Shown here: in pieces, positions 46,101-54,817 of the stretch
How the letters are laid out: the number at the start of each line of letters is the position of its first letter
Position numbering within the stretch: position 1 is the stretch's first letter
Assembly: GCA_949289125.1 (NCBI GenBank)
Contig: CASEME010000013.1
Span: 7,712 to 71,711 of the forward strand
Direction of reading: 5' to 3'
Source of the DNA: an uncultured Eubacteriales bacterium
Lineage (GTDB): Bacteria; Bacillota; Clostridia; Christensenellales; CAG-314
Length of the DNA: 64,000 nucleotides
Position numbers and translations under genes: made by a program
The notes under the pieces: model-generated
Seen by the model: the letters and a program-made list of their open reading frames with translations, nothing else
What the model was told of the DNA's origin: nothing
Databases searched by the model: none

Positions 46101-47369
46101 ACAATGGCTATGACAGCAGGTAACTTTGGCGGTACATTGACCAAAGCGCAAGACGCTACAGGTACAATTTCTTTGACAGGTGGCAATTTCAAACGTCCTT
46201 TGGACGCTTCTTTGCTTGGCGAAGAATCTATGTTTGTATTGTTGGAAGATGGCGAACCCAACTACAACGCAAACTATCCTTACGTTATCTATACGTACGA
46301 TGCAGACGGTGCAGTCAACAGCATTATAGTTACTTGGGGTACGCTACAGTACACCTATGACGGCTTGACGATAGACCAAAAGGCAGGTTTCCAACAGACA
46401 ATTACCGATGGCGAACAACAGGCTATCACACAAAAGTACACTGTAGAATACACCTACGTTGTAGACGGTGTTACCTACTACGGCCTTCCTAAGGATGCTG
46501 GCACTTATGACATCACTGTTACTTTGTACTTCAAAGATACAGTTTTGGGTACTGCTTACACAGCTGTTGGCGCAGTAAGTGGCGTTACCATTGACCAAAG
46601 ACAAGTAACAGTTACTTGGGGCAAAGAGACACAATTTGTTTATGACGGTCAGGCTCACGCACCTATTGCACAAGTAGGCGTTGGCGTAATATACGGCGAC
46701 GACTTAGGTCTTACTGTTACAAGTGCTACAGACGCAGGTACACACAAAGCTGTAGCAACAGCAAGCAATAACAACTACACAATCACCAACCCCGAGTGCG
46801 AATACACAATTAGCAAAAAACAAGTTGCAGTTGTTTGGGGCGACAAGGTAAGTTTTGAATACAACGGTCAGGCACAAGCTCCCACAGCTACAGCAGACAG
46901 TGGTATCGAAGGTGTAGAAGTTGGTGTTACTGTTGCAGGCAATGTCAATGCAGGCGATTACACAGCTACAGCAACAGCAAGTAGCGGCAACTTTGAGTTG
47001 ACCAATACAACACGCGATTATACTATCACCAAAAAGCAAGTTGCAGTTGTTTGGGGCGAAACAGCGTTGACCTACAACGGACAAGCGTTGGTACCTACAG
47101 CAACAGTAGACACAGGTGTAGCAGGCGAAACTCTCACTGTTACAGTTACAGGTGCACAGACAGCTAACGGCACATATTATGCTGCAGCAAGCATAGACAA
47201 CCCCAACTACGAGCTCACTAACTACGGTGTTCAGTTTACAATCGCAGGCGGTCCTCAAGGTGGCGGTATGAGCGGCTTGGCAACAGCAATGCTTATTATT
47301 ACTATTGTATGTGTACTTGGTGCAGGCGGCTTGGTAGGCTTTATGTTTATCAAACGCAAGAAAGGCTAA
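43131..47369 (+). CDS. large surface protein (about 1412 aa): N-terminal signal/anchor, beta-helix-like Gly/Asn/Thr-rich region, tandem MBG-type repeats, C-terminal TM anchor
   Basis: The start was moved to MTTSRK (AAGGAGA RBS). Units of about 75 aa repeat near the C-terminus (VTWGKETQFVYDGQAHAP.., VVWGDKVSFEYNGQAQAP.., VVWGETALTYNGQALVP..). The protein ends with a TM helix plus KRKKG, and there is no LPXTG. Confidence 0.85.
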   Translation: MTTSRKILLPIIIVAMLLALVGVFVVSFAYTGSTPVAQAAEETREHTAEVSTHDHSTGWNELNSGNIGTSLSSGNYMLTENVVVPSTITIAEGQTVTLCLNGYIMEFSVASGFVINGTGKLVIEDCNSTNSTHRFYRSGDDYITGLQGTADMRYVIEGTSLWDEEAYSQALVTGTITGGILTSSNAVLYEGTFLKVSAGTGRFVFNSGSVSGITVYQLFDATSGGIAINGGMIVGNQYAGVFLYSRTAMGATGNEEDIVKMTGGSIIYNLGKVWGGARSNAIGVFSMSGGDISYNYALSGALIRINSYSAAFITGGTVTNNCVAFNYAEFNPEGWTRPYYVEGAIHFQSHIIENAEVRLENVDCRDNRMCEATTMEEVPYYGADFSIQGDMSSGGTLPEGFYDLTKPIFEGKSVYWGVDDYVLEDVELNMNVTFSGNTTFNNVTFNGEMAFGDGQYGSAEDLYTFNGGEYKGTFKMVYGILAINDGYFDGNFVNGGYFECRNQIKGGYFTSYGVASLVDTSAGYGVYYVGERFSNQFRRGYPYAVVENSSEFVSGQWIPYINQMVADHSNVTHDGWLALTEELLTAFEGQLINAPFYLASDVTVSDYFVVSSGYTAIDLNGHTLTGKAGQYNGESAVVGATGELTILDCTGAGKIVNGVTYAYSTNANVAIKLLGGTIDKVTVYAVYGDLSRSIILDGATVGTYHLDYESASMTSGTIKQLDVVNRGTFTVNGGQVDNVNNTDRGSVVFNGELVESIITSTSSITIADNATLNVMGGDIGGTVNTQANSVVNLYNGAMSALVTKGTLNLYGGEYSAQLNIINGLTVNVQSGYIVNSTVNVTGGTLNVEGGVVSNLALNSGTANLHSGGIAEISALQSTLNIFGGDLAMTTLNVDNGGRVNVYEGAAEDIFHGLSLASGAKLTIDSKATIKLDAPTLTDAGCVVVNGNLTVTNIDISDKLTGTGTVTLGTGATLTVADGDTVDYNVVVAEGTMAMTAGNFGGTLTKAQDATGTISLTGGNFKRPLDASLLGEESMFVLLEDGEPNYNANYPYVIYTYDADGAVNSIIVTWGTLQYTYDGLTIDQKAGFQQTITDGEQQAITQKYTVEYTYVVDGVTYYGLPKDAGTYDITVTLYFKDTVLGTAYTAVGAVSGVTIDQRQVTVTWGKETQFVYDGQAHAPIAQVGVGVIYGDDLGLTVTSATDAGTHKAVATASNNNYTITNPECEYTISKKQVAVVWGDKVSFEYNGQAQAPTATADSGIEGVEVGVTVAGNVNAGDYTATATASSGNFELTNTTRDYTITKKQVAVVWGETALTYNGQALVPTATVDTGVAGETLTVTVTGAQTANGTYYAAASIDNPNYELTNYGVQFTIAGGPQGGGMSGLATAMLIITIVCVLGAGGLVGFMFIKRKKG

Positions 47370-47429
47370 CAATTAGCTTTGCAGAGTATATAGCTTAGTT
47401 ATTCAACTCAACTTAATAGTTGATACATC

Positions 47430-47470
47430 AACACCCCGAAAGTTAGTATAGCTTTCGGGGTGTTTGTTGT
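47430..47470 (+). terminator. rho-independent terminator
   Basis: AACACCCCGAAAG...CTTTCGGGGTGTT followed by TGTTGTTTG. Confidence 0.8.
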
Positions 47471-47598
47471 TTGTATAAGTGATGTAGATATTGACATCAG
47501 CACAATGTTGTTGTGTGTCAATCCAACTTAGCAAGTTGACCTATATTTGCGCCCTTGTGCTGTTGGCAACAGTGCATTGTTTGTGTTATAATAGTTAT

Positions 47599-48759
47599 AT
47601 GAATACTTTTGATTTGCTTATACCGTGTGCTACAGGCATTGAGGCGGTGGTCAAACGTCAGCTTGACGCATTGAGTTATCCCGACGCTAAGGCGTACAAT
47701 GGCCGCATACGCCTCACCAATATGAGTTGGCAGGATGTCGCCTTGCTCAACGTGTTTTTGCGTTCGGGCGAAAGGGTGTTTTTGAACGTTGCGCATTTTG
47801 ATTGCCCCGATTTTGACGCACTGTACGACAACATAAAGCAGTTTGATTGGCACCAACTGTTGCAAAAGGACAGCAAGTTTACCGTCATCACTAAGAGCGT
47901 GCATTCCAAGTTGTTTGCACACAACGCCATACAGAGCGTGGCAAAAAAAGCTATTGCCGACAAACTATACTCACATTACGGCACTACGCTTGACGAGTCG
48001 GGCAGTGAGTTTGTAATAGAAGTGGCTTTGTTGGACGACATAGCCGACATCAATATAGACACTTCGGGCGCAGGTCTGCACAAGCGTGGGTATCGCACTT
48101 TGCCTTATTCGGCGCCTCTTAAGGAAACGACGGCTGCGGCACTTATTGACCTATCGTACTACAACGCCGACAAGACGTTTGCCGACGCTTTTTGCGGGAG
48201 CGGTACATTGCCAATAGAGTGTTGCCTTAAGGCATTGAATATTGCCCCAGGGCTTAGTAGAGACTTTTTGTTTAGACATTGGCAGTGTTGCCCCGACAAT
48301 GCCTACAAATACGCTATAGAGCGTGCCAAAGACGTGCAAAAGGTGCGCAAGTTGGACATTGTTGCTTCCGATATAGACAGCCAAGCGGTGGAGCTTGCCA
48401 AGTTTCACGCACGGCAGGCAGGCGTAGAGCAGTACATACGCTTTGCAGTGGGTGACGCGCGCAACTTCTATTGTCCCTCGTCCTATGGCGTACTGATATC
48501 CAATCCGCCCTATGGCGAGCGTTTGGGCGACATACAACAGGTACAGCAGATAGCCAAAGATATGGGCAAAGTGTACAAAAAGTTGGATAATTGGAATTTC
48601 TACTTTCTTTCACCTTTTCAGGGCTTTGAGCGTTGTTTTGGCAGACGTGCCGACAAAAAGCGCAAGTTGTACAATGCCGGCATAGAGTGCAGTTACTATT
48701 CGTTTTGTGGCGCTAAGCCGCCCCGAACGGCTACAAAAGACCTGCCTGACAGTAAATAG
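47599..48759 (+). CDS. THUMP-domain class I SAM-dependent RNA methyltransferase (RlmL/YpsC-like)
   Basis: The start was moved to MNTFDLLIPCATGIE. The catalytic motif LISNPPYGERLG is present, with the SAM-binding DAFCGSGT. Confidence 0.85.
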   Translation: MNTFDLLIPCATGIEAVVKRQLDALSYPDAKAYNGRIRLTNMSWQDVALLNVFLRSGERVFLNVAHFDCPDFDALYDNIKQFDWHQLLQKDSKFTVITKSVHSKLFAHNAIQSVAKKAIADKLYSHYGTTLDESGSEFVIEVALLDDIADINIDTSGAGLHKRGYRTLPYSAPLKETTAAALIDLSYYNADKTFADAFCGSGTLPIECCLKALNIAPGLSRDFLFRHWQCCPDNAYKYAIERAKDVQKVRKLDIVASDIDSQAVELAKFHARQAGVEQYIRFAVGDARNFYCPSSYGVLISNPPYGERLGDIQQVQQIAKDMGKVYKKLDNWNFYFLSPFQGFERCFGRRADKKRKLYNAGIECSYYSFCGAKPPRTATKDLPDSK

Positions 48760-49038
48760 TAGCTATGTGCAGTGTTTTACCAATAGTTGCTTCAACTCCA
48801 TCTATTTGCTGACTTACTGCATTTGTGCAACTGCACTTACCAAGCAAAATTATTGCAATAGTTTATCTTCAAAATTGTTTTGGGTGGCAGTTGTTACAAG
48901 CAAATTTGTATTTAATTTCATACTTCATACAAAAGGCTGTATGCGTTGCACTTTGTAGCTCGCACACAGCCTTTTGTTGACATATTTTTTGGCTTTTGAT
49001 AGTGTCAACTGCGTTGGTGCAAGCATACAATAGTGTGT

Positions 49039-50412
49039 ATGAAGCGGTTACCCATCGACAACAAAATAAAAAACGTGCATTTTATCGGCATAGGCGGTAT
49101 AGGTCTTAGTAGCCTTGCCTTGCACATGCAAAAGTGCGGTTGCAAAGTAAGTGGCAGTGACAGGACGTGTACCGACTTGACAGAGCACCTTGCTTCTGTT
49201 GGTATTGCTGTGCACTACGGACACAGTGCGGACAATATCCCCTCACCTTGCGACCTTGTAGTGTGTACAAGTGCCATACCATTAGGCAATGTAGAGCGGC
49301 AAGAAGCATTGAGGCGAGGTATACCGCTACTATTGCGCGAACAACTGTTGGGTATTGTGTTTGACGGCTTCGAGCGCAAAGTGGCAGTTTCGGGCGTACA
49401 TGGCAAAACAACTGTTACTGCTATGTTAGACACGGTGTTGCGTGCGCTCAAAGTACCGCATACCGCCTTTGTGGGTGGCGTCAATGAAGACAGCGGTAGC
49501 AATTATTCGAGCGGTGGCAATCTTGTTGTTGCAGAGGCGTGCGAGTTTCGCCAAAGTTTTAAGTATCTGCACCCCGACATTGCCGTTGTGCTTAATATCG
49601 AGCTCGACCACCCCGATTGTTACCCTGACGAGGACAGTATGTATGCCGCTTTTGGCAACTTTTTGGACAACGTCACTTCCAACGGCACAGTTGTAGCTTG
49701 TGGCGACAATATCCGACGTCAACTGCTTGTAGGGCGCAGTGTAGTTACTTTTGGTTTGCAGGAGCACAACGATTTTCGCGCGGTCAACTTGTCGTGCGAC
49801 AAAGGTTTGTATTCGTTTGACCTCGTGACAGGGGAGACCACGCTGTGTAGAGTGCATCTTGGTGTGCACGGCAAACACAATGTTTACAATGCGTTGGCTG
49901 TACTTACTGTGCTTGCACGTCTGCGCTACGACATAAGCCGGTGTGCACAAGCATTGTCCACTTTTTGTGGCGCACAACGTCGCTTTATGCCCATAGACTG
50001 CACCTTTTCTCAAGTTGTGGAAGATTATGCACATCACCCAACCGAGATACGTGCAACTATTGCTGCGGCACAAGAGATTGTGGGCAATGGCAGATTGTTT
50101 GTATTTTTCCAACCGCATACATATTCGCGCACACGTGCGTTGTGGCAACAGTTTGTGCGGTGCTTTGACAATGCGCACTTTGTGGGGCTTTTGCCTGTGT
50201 ACTCTGCGCGCGAACAGCCAATAGAGGGCGTCAACAGCGCAAGTTTGGCACAGGACATCAACAAGCGTGACAAAACCTCTTGCGCATACTTTGACACTAT
50301 GGACAGTGCGGCAACATATGCACGCGCCAACGCCACAGCAAGCGATATGGTGCTTGTAGTGGGTGCAGGTGATATTTACCAACTAAGCCATATATTGACC
50401 AATCTGCGCTGA
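49039..50412 (+). CDS. murC: UDP-N-acetylmuramate--L-alanine ligase
   Basis: VHFIGIGGIGLSSLA..VSGSD and GVHGKTTVTAM are present, in a Mur ligase layout. Confidence 0.93.
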   Translation: MKRLPIDNKIKNVHFIGIGGIGLSSLALHMQKCGCKVSGSDRTCTDLTEHLASVGIAVHYGHSADNIPSPCDLVVCTSAIPLGNVERQEALRRGIPLLLREQLLGIVFDGFERKVAVSGVHGKTTVTAMLDTVLRALKVPHTAFVGGVNEDSGSNYSSGGNLVVAEACEFRQSFKYLHPDIAVVLNIELDHPDCYPDEDSMYAAFGNFLDNVTSNGTVVACGDNIRRQLLVGRSVVTFGLQEHNDFRAVNLSCDKGLYSFDLVTGETTLCRVHLGVHGKHNVYNALAVLTVLARLRYDISRCAQALSTFCGAQRRFMPIDCTFSQVVEDYAHHPTEIRATIAAAQEIVGNGRLFVFFQPHTYSRTRALWQQFVRCFDNAHFVGLLPVYSAREQPIEGVNSASLAQDINKRDKTSCAYFDTMDSAATYARANATASDMVLVVGAGDIYQLSHILTNLR

Positions 50413-50643
50413 TACGTGCCGCTAAATGTCATTTGGCACAAAAGTGCGTGACACATATAGCGCAGTGCTTATGGTAATAGTGTGCAAAGAGCCAAGCTGT
50501 TGCATACAAAACAGTTGCTATGGCATCGATAGCCTGCAACATATACATACCACACCCAAAAGCAGTGTATAGCCAAATAGGTACCAACACACAATCTATA
50601 CAATATACAATTAGTTAAGTACTTATTGTATTGTCGCAGTTTA

Positions 50644-50680
50644 TAAAAAAAGCGTCTTTGGTATTCCAAAGACGCTTTGC
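50644..50680. terminator. bidirectional terminator between murC and pyk
   Basis: An 11-bp stem AGCGTCTTTGG-TATT-CCAAAGACGCT is flanked by A6 and TTGCGTT. Confidence 0.85.
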
Positions 50681-50698
50681 GTTAGTTGAAGTTGGTTG

Positions 50699-52138
50699 TT
50701 AGCTTTTCTTTCTGTCTACTTGTGTTTCTATACGTTCAACTTTTATTAGGTTGGTGCCCACGTTTTTGCCAAGAGGTACGCCGGCGGTTATTACGATGTT
50801 GTCGTTGTCGTTGGCAAGTTTGAGGCGGATAGCCGTATCTTCTGCATGCAAAAACATAACGTCAGTATTGTAAAACATACAGCACATAACGGGCGTTACG
50901 CCCCAGCTTGTAGCAAGTTGATGATATACACGTTTGTTGCTTGTCAGTCCCAATATAGGTGCACCTGGGCGGAAGCGAGATATCATACGCGCAGATACGC
51001 CGCTTGCTGTATAAACTACTATTGCTTTGGCATTGATGTCAAACGCCGTACTTACCGTTGCATGGCTTATTGCGTCATTGTTGTTAAGCGGCTGAACGTG
51101 CGTCATCAAAAAGTTTTCTTTGTAATCTATGTTGCGTTCTGCTTCTTCGGCAATACGTGCCATAGTAGCAATAGTGTTGGCAGGATTGATACCTATAGCA
51201 CTTTCTGCCGACAACATTACACAGCTACTGCCGTCATACACAGCGTTAGCTACATCGGCAATTTCTGCACGGGTGGGGCGCAGTTTGGTAATCATACTTT
51301 CCAACATTTCTGTTGCAGTTATTGCAAATTTGCCGTTCATACGGCTTTTGGTCAGCAACATTTTTTGGATAGGAGGCAATTTTTCGTATGCAAGTTCCAC
51401 ACCGAGGTCGCCTCTTGCTACCATTATACCGTCCGATTTGTCTATAATATCGTCAATATTGTTGACGCCTTGTTGACTTTCTATTTTTGCAATGAGTACA
51501 ATGTCGTCAATGCCCTTGTTGTGGAAGTAATCACGTATTTCCTGCATGCAATTACCGTCTTGTACAAAACTTGCGGCAATCATCTCAGCATTGATGGATA
51601 TTGCAAAGTCGAGGTCCTTTTTGTCTACGTCGGACAAGAAAGGTATGTTGAGTTTGGCGTTGGGTACGTACAGTCCTTTGCGGTCGGACAATGTTCCCGA
51701 GTTGGTAGCAACTGCGTATATATCTTTGTCGGCAATTTTGGTAATGGTAAATGCCAACAAGCCGTCGTTGAGTAGCAGTGTGTCACCCTTTTTTACGTCT
51801 TTGTAAAGTTTTTTGTAAGTTACGGATACGTTCTTTTCATCGCCTTCGATGTCGTCGGCGGTAAAGCGCATTTCCATACCTTCTACAACTTCTATTTTTC
51901 CGTTTTTGAAAGTACCAATACGCACTTCCGGACCTTTAAGGTCTACCATTATCGGCAACGGTATGTCCAAATCTTCACGCACACGCTTTACGTTGTTTAC
52001 ACGTTCGAGGTGTTCGGAGTATTCGCCGTGGCTCATATTGATGCGAGCTACATTCATGCCGGCAAGTGCCATTGCTTTTAGTTGCTCGTAAGAGGTACTT
52101 GCAGGGCCGAGAGTACAAACAATTTTTGTCTTTCTCAT
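50699..52138 (-). CDS. pyk: pyruvate kinase
   Basis: 479 aa. MRKTKIVCTLGPAS and MVARGDLGVE are present. AAGGAGA RBS. Confidence 0.96.
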   Translation of the reverse strand: MRKTKIVCTLGPASTSYEQLKAMALAGMNVARINMSHGEYSEHLERVNNVKRVREDLDIPLPIMVDLKGPEVRIGTFKNGKIEVVEGMEMRFTADDIEGDEKNVSVTYKKLYKDVKKGDTLLLNDGLLAFTITKIADKDIYAVATNSGTLSDRKGLYVPNAKLNIPFLSDVDKKDLDFAISINAEMIAASFVQDGNCMQEIRDYFHNKGIDDIVLIAKIESQQGVNNIDDIIDKSDGIMVARGDLGVELAYEKLPPIQKMLLTKSRMNGKFAITATEMLESMITKLRPTRAEIADVANAVYDGSSCVMLSAESAIGINPANTIATMARIAEEAERNIDYKENFLMTHVQPLNNNDAISHATVSTAFDINAKAIVVYTASGVSARMISRFRPGAPILGLTSNKRVYHQLATSWGVTPVMCCMFYNTDVMFLHAEDTAIRLKLANDNDNIVITAGVPLGKNVGTNLIKVERIETQVDRKKS

Positions 52139-52472
52139 AGTGTCATCTCCTTATTGGTGTACATAAGAACACTCGGGTTGATAACGGTTCAACCGTCAAA
52201 CGCCCAAATTACTCATCATATACAATATACAACATTTGCACTTGTTTGTAAATAATTTGTTTGTATTTGCGCCAAAAAAATTGACCAAGCTTTGTTGTTA
52301 GCCATTACTGATAAATGTCGTTAGCAGTAAGATATTCCTGTATATATTATCTTTTATAGCAATGTTTTATTGGCTGTTGCGGTGGCTTTTTGCTCAAAGC
52401 ACGGTCATTTGCCAAAAGATAGTATATGTAGAAAGAGCACCAAAAATTGTCGATATTTTTTCAAAAAAGGTA

Positions 52473-52501
52473 TTGACAATGCCGTGTACCTATTTTATAA
52501 T
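52473..52501 (+). promoter_or_regulatory. promoter TTGACA-17-TATAAT upstream of psuK
   Basis: Perfect consensus hexamers at 52473-52478 and 52496-52501. Confidence 0.65.
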
Positions 52502-52567
52502 ATGTGCTTAAAGTGAATTGACTTCGATTATCAGCAGTGCAACAATACAGTTTTGGGGAGAGTACCT

Positions 52568-53485
52568 ATGAAGTATGTTTGCGTAGTGGGCGGTACTAAT
52601 ATAGACATAACGGGCACACCGCATACGCCCATCAAACAACGGGACAGCAATCCGTCTGTCTGCAAAGTATCTCTTGGCGGTGTGGGGCGCAACATAGCCG
52701 AAAATTTGGCACGTATGGGCATCAAAGTGGTGTTTATCACGGCACTTGGCACAGACAGATATGCCGACAGCGTCAAAGACAATGCAGCTATGCTCAATAT
52801 AGACATTAGTCATAGCCTTGTTGTCAATGGCAACACCTCTACATATCTGTGTATCAACGACCATACAGGCGATATGTACGTTGCCGCATCCGATATGCAC
52901 ATATTAGACGAGCTTACACCCAAGTATCTACAAAGCAAGCTCGATGTGCTCAACAATGCCGCTTGCATTGTTGCCGATGCCAACCTTACGCACTGTCTTA
53001 GCTACATTTTGGATAATGCCAAAGTGCCTGTATTTGTAGATACTGTATCTGCCAAAAAGACGGAAATTATCAAAAGTTGCTTGCACAACGTATTTGCGCT
53101 CAAACCCAATATTTATGAAGCGGAAATATTGTCGGATAGCAAGATAGACGACCAAAAAACGTTGACCACAGCAATGCAAAAGATTGCAAAGTCTGCCGAT
53201 GTCAAGTGGCTGTGCGTGTCTAACGGCGACAAAGGCGTCACTTACCTTACTGATGGAACAATCAATCATTGCCCTGCGTACAAAGTGGACGTAGTCAACA
53301 CCACAGGCGCAGGCGACAGCTTTATGGCAGGGCTTGTGTGCGGATATGTGCGCGGCTTTGATATACACCGTTGCGTAAGCATAGGTTGTGCCGCAAGCAG
53401 CATAACAATAGGCAGTGATGCGACAGTTTCCCCCGATATGTCGTGGGACAAAATAATGACAATCATAGACAAGGAGATACACTGA
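52568..53485 (+). CDS. psuK: PfkB-family kinase, pseudouridine kinase
   Basis: The start was moved to MKYVCVVGG. GGVGRNIAENL and the C-terminal TGAGDSF are present. It is adjacent to psuG. Confidence 0.8.
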   Translation: MKYVCVVGGTNIDITGTPHTPIKQRDSNPSVCKVSLGGVGRNIAENLARMGIKVVFITALGTDRYADSVKDNAAMLNIDISHSLVVNGNTSTYLCINDHTGDMYVAASDMHILDELTPKYLQSKLDVLNNAACIVADANLTHCLSYILDNAKVPVFVDTVSAKKTEIIKSCLHNVFALKPNIYEAEILSDSKIDDQKTLTTAMQKIAKSADVKWLCVSNGDKGVTYLTDGTINHCPAYKVDVVNTTGAGDSFMAGLVCGYVRGFDIHRCVSIGCAASSITIGSDATVSPDMSWDKIMTIIDKEIH

Positions 53486-53486
53486 T

Positions 53487-54401
53487 ATGAACAAGTTTTT
53501 GCAAATTTCACCCGAAGTTAAAAAGGCTTTGAAAGAAAATCGCCCCGTTGTAGCGTTGGAGTCGACCATCATCTCTCACGGTATGCCCTATCCGCAAAAC
53601 GTGGAAACAGCGTTGAAAGTGGAGAGCATTGTGCGTGAACACGGCGCAATACCCGCAACAATAGCAATTATCAACGGCAAGTTGACTGTAGGATGCACCA
53701 AAGAAGAAATTGACCTTTTGGGCAGAGAAGGATTGAAAGTTACCAAAGTATCGAGACGTGACCTTCCATTTATTGTGGCAAAAGGTATCAACGGCGCAAC
53801 AACTGTTGCCGCAACAATGTACATAGCTGCGCTTGCAGGTGTCAAAGTGTTTGCAACAGGCGGTATCGGCGGTGTGCATAGAGGTGCAGCAACAACAATG
53901 GATATCTCGGCAGACCTTGACGAACTTGCACAGACCAACGTTATGGTAGTGTGCGCAGGTGCCAAGTCCATACTTGATATCGGTCTTACTTTGGAGTGCT
54001 TGGAAACACGTGGCGTTGCAGTAGTAGGCTATGGTACCGAAGACTTGCCTGCTTTCTATACACGTAAGAGTGGCTTTAAGGTGGATTACCGCCTTGATAC
54101 CGCAAAAGAAATTGCTTTGGCTTACAAATGCAAAGTAGATTTGGGCTTAAAGAGCGGTATGTTGGTTGCCAATCCTATCCCCGAACAGTATTCTATGGAC
54201 GCAGACTATATCAATAGCAATATAGACGCCGCTTTGAAAGAGTGCGAAACTTTAGGCATACACGGCAAAGCAACAACGCCCTATCTATTGGACAAAGTGC
54301 AGAAGTTGACAGGCGGACAAAGCCTTGACGCCAACATACAGTTGGTATTCAACAATGCAAAATTGGCTTCGGAAATAGCTGTTGAATTGAGCAAAATGTA
54401 A
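53487..54401 (+). CDS. psuG: pseudouridine-5'-phosphate glycosidase
   Basis: 304 aa. ALESTIISHGMPYPQN is typical of the IndA/YeiN family. Confidence 0.92.
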   Translation: MNKFLQISPEVKKALKENRPVVALESTIISHGMPYPQNVETALKVESIVREHGAIPATIAIINGKLTVGCTKEEIDLLGREGLKVTKVSRRDLPFIVAKGINGATTVAATMYIAALAGVKVFATGGIGGVHRGAATTMDISADLDELAQTNVMVVCAGAKSILDIGLTLECLETRGVAVVGYGTEDLPAFYTRKSGFKVDYRLDTAKEIALAYKCKVDLGLKSGMLVANPIPEQYSMDADYINSNIDAALKECETLGIHGKATTPYLLDKVQKLTGGQSLDANIQLVFNNAKLASEIAVELSKM

Positions 54402-54470
54402 CAAACTGCCTACTGATAGCGTAGCTTATCGTGCAGTACTGCAAATTGTGTTTAATTGATACAAACAAAA

Positions 54471-54510
54471 AACGGATACGATGTTAATGTCGTATCCGTT
54501 TTAATTTTTC
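54471..54510 (+). terminator. rho-independent terminator after psuG
   Basis: AACGGATACGA...TCGTATCCGTT followed by TTAATTTTT. Confidence 0.85.
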
Positions 54511-54817
54511 AATTTTGTAGTGACTGTTTGTATTTAGCTAATATAATGTAGCTTAGTTTTGTATTTGCAACACAGTTAGCGGCATATGGCACAACTTATT
54601 GAAATATACCCTTGTTTTAACTCTAAGTTCTAACTCTAAAAATACTTGACTTTAATTAGCTGTAGTCAATATAATATTGATCGGAAAGAGGATTTACCTG
54701 ATTATCGGGTAAGCGTTTTGCGCGAGTATTCGGACAGCAGATGCCCCTTTTTTTGCCACAATTACATGTGAATTTTTTTTCTGCATCAAAACTTTTTCTT
54801 TTTGCTGTTACAACTTT

